Shown here: one piece after another, positions 56,276 to 62,738 of the stretch
Position numbering within the stretch: position 1 is the stretch's first letter
Layout of the letters: each line of letters opens with the position of its first letter
Assembly (NCBI GenBank): GCA_964369865.1
Contig: CAYJFL010000003.1
Coordinates: forward strand, 5,700 to 68,437
Length of the DNA: 62,738 nucleotides
Direction: 5' to 3'
Origin: an uncultured Muribaculaceae bacterium
GTDB taxonomy: Bacteria; Bacillota_I; Bacilli_A; RF39; UBA660
The notes under the pieces: model-generated
What the model was told of the DNA's origin: nothing
What the model saw: the letters and a program-made list of their open reading frames with translations, nothing else
Databases searched by the model: none
Translations under genes and position numbers: made by a program

Positions 56276-57012
56276 ATATTATCTTTTTTCTTAATATAAT
56301 CAGTTAGATTATAACCATTTTTGAATTCAATAAATTTTGAAAATTTTGGATGTATTGCCTTAACAGGGCACTTATATATACAAGCCATACACATCATACA
56401 TTTTAACTTAAATTTAATTTTATTATTTAATACTATATTATTTTTAGGACAAATTTTAACACATTTACCACATTTAATACAGCTTTTATTGGCTTTTAAT
56501 TCTAAACCAAATAGTTTTACAAAAGTGTTTTCAATATGATGAATAAATGAAAATAATTTGCTAGATAGTGGAATATTATAATTTGTTTTTACATTGTTTA
56601 TTATATTTAAATATATTTCATTTATTTTATAGCTTGATTCATTTATAATTTTATTACCATATTCATAATCAAATTTTTTTACAATAGTAAGAGGCATAGC
56701 AAGAATATTATAAGACATAATTTCGATATTATTTTTTTTACAAAATTTAATTAAATCATACCCGCTTGCCTTATTTATTTTACTAGTATTACATCCAACT
56801 GCAATTATAGTAACTTTATTAACGTTATGAATATTATTTTTTAAAAAGTTTGGAATTCTAAAAGCATGAATAGAACTCATAACAATTAAATGATCACAAG
56901 TTATTTTTTCCTTATAATTAACAACCGTACAATTTAATTTATCTTTAAGTTTGTTTGCTAAGAACAAAGTGTTTCCTGTTGGGCTAAAACATAAAATTTT
57001 ATATTTACTCAT
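56272..57012 (-). CDS. Flavodoxin-like + 2x[4Fe-4S] ferredoxin-domain protein (EFR1-type)
   Basis: N-terminal KILCFSPTGNT flavodoxin-like start. C-terminal CIKCGKCVKICP and CMMCMACIYKCP clusters. Confidence 0.85.
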   Translation of the reverse strand: MSKYKILCFSPTGNTLFLANKLKDKLNCTVVNYKEKITCDHLIVMSSIHAFRIPNFLKNNIHNVNKVTIIAVGCNTSKINKASGYDLIKFCKKNNIEIMSYNILAMPLTIVKKFDYEYGNKIINESSYKINEIYLNIINNVKTNYNIPLSSKLFSFIHHIENTFVKLFGLELKANKSCIKCGKCVKICPKNNIVLNNKIKFKLKCMMCMACIYKCPVKAIHPKFSKFIEFKNGYNLTDYIKKKDNI

Positions 57013-57024
57013 TATATTAACTCC

Positions 57025-57744
57025 TTATTTTAGTTTGCTACTACCATCACTATAATCTATTTCTACACCATCTTGAACATTATATACAAATACATTAAAT
57101 AGTATCCCATCATCTTCAATAGATTCTGCTTCTATTTGAACACCTGTAGCTACTAGATTATTTCCATCATATATAGGAGTTACACGGTACATAACTGAAT
57201 TGTTAGTTTCATTAATATAATCAGCTACCATATTTTCAAAAGGTAACATACCGTCAACATTAAATGATCTAGTACCTGTGATCAAATTATTTTCATTAGC
57301 GTTTTCACCAGTTAATTGAAATCCTATTAAATGACTTCTATTATACAAATATTTACCATTAACTATATCATATTTAATAGTATGCCATCCACTAGGTTTA
57401 ACACTGCCAATACTACCACGTTCTCCAGTGGGCATCATACTTTTATCAATTTTAGCGAATGCTGTATGAGCTCTATTCAAATTATCTAAGTCACTATATA
57501 ATTCAAAAGCATCATTTTTTTTATCTTCTTCATTGAAATTAGGAATATTATTATTAATAGTAATATATATATTCCCATCATAATTAGGTATTTCATCGAT
57601 ACTTATATTACTTTGTGAAATGTTAGAATTAAAAACTTGCAATTCTTTTGTATTAGCGTCTACAAAATTTAATATATCAGGGTAAAAAACACCACTGACT
57701 CCTGCTACTAATATTACTATTAAACCAACTATTTTATTTTTCAT
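57025..57744 (-). CDS. Secreted/membrane-anchored DNA/RNA non-specific endonuclease (beta-beta-alpha-Me, 'DNA-entry nuclease'-like)
   Basis: N-terminal signal/TM (IVGLIVILVAGVSGV). IPNYDGNIYITINNNIPNF segment. Catalytic-type block NRSHLIGFQLTGENANENNLITGTRSFN. Confidence 0.78.
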   Translation of the reverse strand: MKNKIVGLIVILVAGVSGVFYPDILNFVDANTKELQVFNSNISQSNISIDEIPNYDGNIYITINNNIPNFNEEDKKNDAFELYSDLDNLNRAHTAFAKIDKSMMPTGERGSIGSVKPSGWHTIKYDIVNGKYLYNRSHLIGFQLTGENANENNLITGTRSFNVDGMLPFENMVADYINETNNSVMYRVTPIYDGNNLVATGVQIEAESIEDDGILFNVFVYNVQDGVEIDYSDGSSKLK

Positions 57745-57745
57745 A

Positions 57746-58120
57746 CTACCTCTTTTTATATACTTTTCTTGTGATTATATCATGGCTATTACCGGTAAAA
57801 TCATACGTACTATCTAATTTATAATTATTTAAATCTATTGTTAATTTTGTATCACTTGGATATTTTTTATTAAATAAATATAAAATTAGTTCACTACAGT
57901 CTTCTATATCTTTTTCTGTAAAATGATAACTATTTTCGTTGTTGTTAAAACTATCTATATTAATATCATAATATTGAAATAAATCTATACTATCATCATC
58001 AATAATTAAGTTCAAACTAGTAAATGTTAAAATATCTTTAATTATTTCTATATCTTTACTTACTCTACGCTTATTAAATTTAATACCCATACTATCATCT
58101 ATACATAATATATATTTCAT
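57746..58120 (-). CDS. Small cytoplasmic protein translationally coupled to the nuclease gene, unknown function
   Basis: 124 aa with no signal peptide. Its stop is 1 nt from the nuclease ATG, and the nuclease SD (AAGAGG) lies inside its last codons. Own extended -10 (TGTTATAAT) follows a terminator. Confidence 0.6.
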   Translation of the reverse strand: MKYILCIDDSMGIKFNKRRVSKDIEIIKDILTFTSLNLIIDDDSIDLFQYYDINIDSFNNNENSYHFTEKDIEDCSELILYLFNKKYPSDTKLTIDLNNYKLDSTYDFTGNSHDIITRKVYKKR

Positions 58121-58169
58121 ATAATCACCTTATATATTATAACATAAAAAAAAAGAATAAATTAATATT

Positions 58170-59417
58170 CTATTTTTTAATATTTTCAAAATGATATGAA
58201 TTGATTGGTTCAATTATATTATTGTTGGTTAAATGATTGTTAACAGATAATTTTAATATTTGAGAATCAACAATCGAACTTATTAAATTATAACTTACTT
58301 GTTTATTATCAGGTAAGTTTAATAAAACTGATTTAAGTTTATATAAATCGCTCTCACTTAAACTATCAACAACTAATTGAATTTGATGATGATAAAATTT
58401 GTTAGTTCCATTCAACATATTCATAGATAATATATTAGATCTAAATAATTTATTGATATATTCTTCTTCATCTGAATGATAAAACTTAGGTGAATCTTTA
58501 GCAATTGGATTTTCAATAATTTCAATATTAGAATTATATAAATCATCACAAATGATATTAGCACTAACATCATTTAATGTGTTTAGAGTTTTATCATCAC
58601 CACAATAAATTAAAGCAGAGTTAATTAATCTGATTAATTCATGAGTGTAATCACCCTCAACTTGAGTTTGCATGCTAATAACTCTTTTATTACCATCTAT
58701 ATCAACATGATTGCGCATATTAATATCTGGATTTATAAAATCATTGGCTTTTTCATAAACAAATTCAGTAGTATGAGAACTCGAGTTATAACCTTCTAAA
58801 TCTAATTTAACTCCAAATTCAGGATGTTTATAAGCAGCTTCAATTGTTGCTCTTTGTAAATAAATATTTTTAATTTCATTAGCATAGTCACTTATATTGG
58901 AAGCAGTAAATAATAAATCTTTACCAAACAACTTATTGTAACCAGATAATTTAGTTACATCAATTGAATCATGTTCATTAGCTCTAATAGCTCTACCAAC
59001 AAGGTTTCTTTCTTTATTAGTTAACTTGTTATGTAAAGCTCTATAAATATATTCAATATTTAAAGTAGATAGTGTTTTTAAATACTCTTTCAAAAATTCT
59101 GAAACTCTAAAATATTCTTTATCTATTTCTTTGTTAAGATTAATTGAAAATTTATTAATATCGTTATTATTTAATTCAACTGGTATACTATCAACGTAAT
59201 TTTTTAAAAATAATAAATGATTATAATATGAATAAACATTATTGTTATTAACTTCTAATTTAATATTTTTAAATGTATTTGTAATTTCATCACGATGTTG
59301 TTCTCCGTAATGTTTAATAAAACTTTCTAGTAAGATTAGTTTATTTTTATCAAAGGCAGTTTTTATATCAAAACTTTGACGTAGTGAATCTATTGTTATT
59401 TCCATAATATCCTCCAA
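58170..59417 (-). CDS. Hypothetical 415-aa cytoplasmic protein
   Basis: Long clean ORF, no family recognised, followed by a GAATA..TATTC + T-run terminator on the minus strand. Confidence 0.65.
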   Translation of the reverse strand: MEDIMEITIDSLRQSFDIKTAFDKNKLILLESFIKHYGEQHRDEITNTFKNIKLEVNNNNVYSYYNHLLFLKNYVDSIPVELNNNDINKFSINLNKEIDKEYFRVSEFLKEYLKTLSTLNIEYIYRALHNKLTNKERNLVGRAIRANEHDSIDVTKLSGYNKLFGKDLLFTASNISDYANEIKNIYLQRATIEAAYKHPEFGVKLDLEGYNSSSHTTEFVYEKANDFINPDINMRNHVDIDGNKRVISMQTQVEGDYTHELIRLINSALIYCGDDKTLNTLNDVSANIICDDLYNSNIEIIENPIAKDSPKFYHSDEEEYINKLFRSNILSMNMLNGTNKFYHHQIQLVVDSLSESDLYKLKSVLLNLPDNKQVSYNLISSIVDSQILKLSVNNHLTNNNIIEPINSYHFENIKK

Positions 59418-59453
59418 ATTTACATATTATATTAGCACTAAATAGCAGTGGTG

Positions 59454-60080
59454 TCAATTAATATCACTGGCAATTTTCTTTATAATGGTATCATTATTTT
59501 TATATATTGAATTTTCTTCAATTACACCACCAATGTTAACTAATGGATATACAGTTGTATTAAAACCAATGATAGTTCCAGGATTAGTTACACTATTGCA
59601 TCCTATACTTACTTTATCACTAATAATAGCTCCGAATTTATCTAAATTAGTATCTATAAAGTCGTTAGTAAATTTAATTTTTATTAAACTTTGATCAAGC
59701 TTTGAATTAGATATTTTAACACCAGCACCAAGATGACTTTGATAACCTAGAATAGAATCTCCTACATATGATAAATGAGGGATAGAAACTTCATCAAATA
59801 ATATTGAATTTTTAAGTTCACAAGAATTTCCAATGGTACAATTACTACCAATTACTACATTACTTCTTATATATGCATTATGTTTAAGGATAGTATTTGG
59901 ACCTATAATAGCTGGGCCATCTATTTTAACACTACTATCTATAGAAGCATTTTTCGCAATATATATATTATCTCTAATGTGATAATCTTGATCAGATAAT
60001 TCTTTTTGTAATATTAAAATGATATTTTTAAGTTTAGGAAGTACTTCCCAAACTTTATCCTCGTTAATAAATTTTTTCAC
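59454..60080 (-). CDS. Left-handed beta-helix (hexapeptide-repeat) transferase-like protein; N-terminus interrupted by an in-frame TAA
   Basis: Hexapeptide repeats (IGPNTILKHNAYIRSNVVIGSNCTIGNSCELKNSIL...). The listed GTG start has no SD. An SD + ATG at 60119 is in frame but separated by a TAA at 60107-60105. Confidence 0.7.
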   Translation of the reverse strand: MKKFINEDKVWEVLPKLKNIILILQKELSDQDYHIRDNIYIAKNASIDSSVKIDGPAIIGPNTILKHNAYIRSNVVIGSNCTIGNSCELKNSILFDEVSIPHLSYVGDSILGYQSHLGAGVKISNSKLDQSLIKIKFTNDFIDTNLDKFGAIISDKVSIGCNSVTNPGTIIGFNTTVYPLVNIGGVIEENSIYKNNDTIIKKIASDIN

Positions 60081-60239
60081 AATAGTTTTATCAAAATTTA
60101 ATTTTTAATTTGTAATCATATAAACACCTTTACTTTCTATATTCATTATAATAGTAATAAATATAGATGTAAACTTTATATAGATAGTTGAATAAAATTA
60201 ATTAATAAATTATAATAAATATATATAATAGGAGAAAAT

Positions 60240-61079
60240 ATGAAATTGATATTTAGTTTAATTAAATTGTGTATATTTTTAATAGTGATATTTTTTATAT
60301 TACTATTTTATGCATTTAAAATAGAACCATATTTATTAAATATAGATATTGCAAATTTAGATACTGGAAATGATAATAGTGAAAATTTAAAAATAGTACA
60401 ATTTTCAGATACCCACATTAAAGAAGACTATACCATTAAAGAATTAGAAAAAATAGTAACTAAGATAAATAGTTTAAATCCGGATATAGTTATATTTACA
60501 GGAGATTTATATGATGATTATTCAGTTTATAATGATGACGAAAATATAATTAACTGTTTAAGTAAAATTGATGCGAAAATAGAAAAAATAGCAATTACTG
60601 GAAATAGAGATTATGGAGGTAATGCCTATAAAAAATACGACAGTATAATGGAAAATAGTGGATTTATATTATTAATAAATCAAAATCTAACATTTAAAAC
60701 TTTTAATAATAAAAAAGTTCTAATAACAGGTTTAGATGATTCGTTACTTGGTAGTCCTAATTTACCAACTACTAATTATGAAGGTAGTGATTACAATATT
60801 TTAATATCTCATGAACCAGATGTTGTAGATAATTACCATGTAGAAAAATATGATCTTATTTTAAGTGGACATACACATGGTGGTCAGTTAAACATTCCAT
60901 TTATTAGTGATATGTTAATGAATAATAGTGATATTATAAGCCCATATAAAGGCGGATTAATTAAAATTGATGATACTAATAATACTTATTTATATGTTAA
61001 TACTGGACTAGGAACAACACACATAAGTGCTAGATTTTTAGTTCCGCCAACTATAACAGAATTTAATATTAGTATATAA
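60240..61079 (+). CDS. Membrane-anchored metallophosphoesterase (YkuE/calcineurin-like)
   Basis: Motifs QFSDTHI, TGDLYD, GNRDY and GHTHGGQ, plus an N-terminal TM. Confidence 0.88.
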   Translation: MKLIFSLIKLCIFLIVIFFILLFYAFKIEPYLLNIDIANLDTGNDNSENLKIVQFSDTHIKEDYTIKELEKIVTKINSLNPDIVIFTGDLYDDYSVYNDDENIINCLSKIDAKIEKIAITGNRDYGGNAYKKYDSIMENSGFILLINQNLTFKTFNNKKVLITGLDDSLLGSPNLPTTNYEGSDYNILISHEPDVVDNYHVEKYDLILSGHTHGGQLNIPFISDMLMNNSDIISPYKGGLIKIDDTNNTYLYVNTGLGTTHISARFLVPPTITEFNISI

Positions 61080-61089
61080 AAAACAATAA

Positions 61090-62304
61090 TCAATTATTGT
61101 TTTTATTTTTTTTAATTACTTTACTTATTACTTTTAAACTATTTCTAACTATTTTATTATCTAAATTTTTATGCGCTTCTTTTAATTTTGTTGGAATATC
61201 TATATTTTGTGGACAATGTTTTTTACACTTACCACAACCAATACATGAATCTCCACCAGCTTTAGCTCCACCTAAAAATCCAGTACATTTAAGAGCATAG
61301 TGAAATTTTACTACACCAGTTTTTTTACCAAAGAAGTGTACACTATTATAATCATTAAATACAGATGGTATATCTACTTTAAAAGGGCAGGGCATACAAT
61401 AATTACAACCAGTACAAGGAACTTTCATTAGATCTTTATAAATATCTTTAATATTATCAATAACCTTAATCTCTTCGTCAGTCATTGAATTTGGTTTTGT
61501 ATTATTAGCAGCATTGATATTATCTATTATATGTTCATTAACATTCATTCCACTAAGAACAGTTTTAACTCCTGGATGATTCATTACAAATCTTAAAGCC
61601 CAATATGCTGGTGATTGAATTTTAGGTTGTTGATTTAGTAATTTTTTTACTTTATCAGGAGCTTTATTCGCAAGAGAACCTCCACGAAGTGGTTCCATTA
61701 CAACTACACCAATACCTAATTCAGTAGCTCTATTTAAACCAGCTAAACCAGCCTGATTATATTCATCTAAATAATTAAATTGAATTTGACAAAAGTCCCA
61801 GTTATAATCTTCTAATATTTTAATAAACTCTTCACTTCTACCATGGAAAGAGAACCCAATATATTTAATTTTACCCTCTTCTTTATTTTTATTGATAAAA
61901 TCTATAATTCCAAAATTCTTGAGCTTGTTCCAATCATCTAAACTTGTCAACATATGCATTAAATAATAATCAATATAAGTAGTATTTAATCTTATTAGTT
62001 GAGTCTTAAAATATTTTTCAATTTGCTCTTTTTTAGTAATTAGAAAAGTAGGTAATTTATCAGCAATAAATATTTTATCTCTTAAATTATATTTTTTAAT
62101 AAATTCTCCTAATATAACCTCACTCTTACCACCATGATATGGATAAGCAGTATCAAAATAATTAACACCATTATCAAAAGCTAATTTCATTTGTGAAAAA
62201 GCTAAACTTTTATTAATAGTAACGCCGTTCATAGGAAATCGCATGCAACCATAACCTAATAATGAAACGTCATCTTTATTTTTAACTAATTTTCTATATT
62301 CCAT
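61090..62304 (-). CDS. Aldo/keto reductase with C-terminal 4Fe-4S ferredoxin-type clusters
   Basis: AKR N-terminus (LLGYGCMRFP, FDTAYPYHGGKSE). C-terminal CTGCNYCMPCP and CIGCGKCKKHCP. Confidence 0.9.
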   Translation of the reverse strand: MEYRKLVKNKDDVSLLGYGCMRFPMNGVTINKSLAFSQMKLAFDNGVNYFDTAYPYHGGKSEVILGEFIKKYNLRDKIFIADKLPTFLITKKEQIEKYFKTQLIRLNTTYIDYYLMHMLTSLDDWNKLKNFGIIDFINKNKEEGKIKYIGFSFHGRSEEFIKILEDYNWDFCQIQFNYLDEYNQAGLAGLNRATELGIGVVVMEPLRGGSLANKAPDKVKKLLNQQPKIQSPAYWALRFVMNHPGVKTVLSGMNVNEHIIDNINAANNTKPNSMTDEEIKVIDNIKDIYKDLMKVPCTGCNYCMPCPFKVDIPSVFNDYNSVHFFGKKTGVVKFHYALKCTGFLGGAKAGGDSCIGCGKCKKHCPQNIDIPTKLKEAHKNLDNKIVRNSLKVISKVIKKNKNNN

Positions 62305-62394
62305 AAATCCTCCTAATAATAACTAATCATAATATAATCATTATACAATAAATAAAGCTATGTGATATAATATAATCTATAAAAAGGAGGAAAA

Positions 62395-62592
62395 ATGAAA
62401 AAGAAAATAGGAATTTTTTTTATACTAATATTAGTTTTAAGTTCAATTTTATTATTAATAAATGAATATATAATAGATAATGATATATTATTTATAACGT
62501 CCTTTATATTTTTAATAGTAAGTTTAATAGGTGTGTTCAAATATACTAAAAATCCAATGGAAATTATTTGCAATTTAATAGATTTATCATAA
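62395..62592 (+). CDS. Small two-TM membrane protein
   Basis: Strong SD AAAAGGAGG 6 nt before the ATG, an extended -10 GTGATATAAT upstream, and a terminator hairpin (AAAACAGTAATT..AATTACTGTTTT) right after the stop. Preferred over the overlapping minus-strand ORF. Confidence 0.55.
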   Translation: MKKKIGIFFILILVLSSILLLINEYIIDNDILFITSFIFLIVSLIGVFKYTKNPMEIICNLIDLS

Positions 62593-62685
62593 AAACAGTA
62601 ATTATTAATTACTGTTTTTAACTTGTAGTAAGACAATTATATAATAAAAAAACTAACCATTTCTAGTTAGTTTGAATTTCAATAA

Positions 62686-62738
62686 TGGCAGGGGCGGAGA
62701 GAATCGAACTCCCAACTGTGGTTTTGGAGACCATAATT
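62686..62738 (-). tRNA. tRNA-Trp (anticodon CCA), 3' portion only; 5' part lies beyond the window
   Basis: Reverse complement is ...GGTCTCCAAAACC...GGGAGTTCGATTCTCTCCGCCCCTGCCA. It shows a CTCCAAA anticodon loop, a T-arm with TTCGATT, discriminator G and encoded CCA. Confidence 0.8.

Noticed and set aside
62358-62636. 92-aa minus-strand ORF overlapping the small + strand membrane ORF
   Set aside because: The + strand ORF (62395-62592) has a strong SD, an extended -10 promoter and a terminator directly after its stop. The minus-strand ORF would have to read through that terminator hairpin and has no SD.

Overview
Very AT-rich, low-GC Firmicute (Bacillota) chromosome segment using standard code 11: TGA acts as a stop and Trp is TGG. 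It is the origin-proximal yidC-jag-mnmE-mnmG-rsmG-noc side of the chromosome. From nt 1 to about 32 kb every real gene is on the + strand. The order looks like a compacted set of Bacillus subtilis origin-proximal loci: yidC/jag/mnmEG/rsmG/noc; uvrB; lgt; trxB-yvcK-whiA; DHH-rplI-dnaB; yycJ-rlmH; fba-murA-rpmE; spoIID-spoIIQ-like-spoIIID-mbl; typA. The organism is an endospore former, with spoIIR, spoIID, a degenerate-LytM SpoIIQ-like gene, spoIIID and cotJ genes present. The stand-alone DHH phosphoesterase and the gene order suggest Erysipelotrichia or a clostridial relative, but this is a guess only. After about 32 kb the content becomes more accessory: LysM and PG-binding wall proteins, a duplicated promoter/terminator cassette around a MATE-like membrane protein, and a lone tRNA-His. 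It also holds a CotJA-CotJB fusion plus CotJC, a transposase-derived HTH coupled to a large membrane protein, gmk, and an orphan 629-aa prepilin-type surface protein. Further on are a Ca-type P-type ATPase, two tandem lipoprotein paralogs, a DEAD-box helicase and three tandem small paralogs, one of them frameshifted. The final minus-strand block (50.6-62.3 kb) carries a two-component system + ABC (FtsX/MacB-type) module, a secreted nuclease operon, orphan genes, a metallophosphoesterase and an Fe-S aldo/keto reductase, and ends at a partial tRNA-Trp. I found no CRISPR array, rRNA, intact mobile element, prophage or recognisable defence system. The most unusual items are listed here:
- The Noc/ParB-family protein with a ~365-aa acidic low-complexity insertion, with Noc-binding-site half-sites directly upstream.
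- The orphan pilin-anchored Ig/Fn3 protein.
- The HTH-remnant + membrane protein pair.
- The nuclease with a translationally coupled small partner.
- The duplicated cassette next to tRNA-His.
All domain calls rest on motif recognition by eye; no searches were run.
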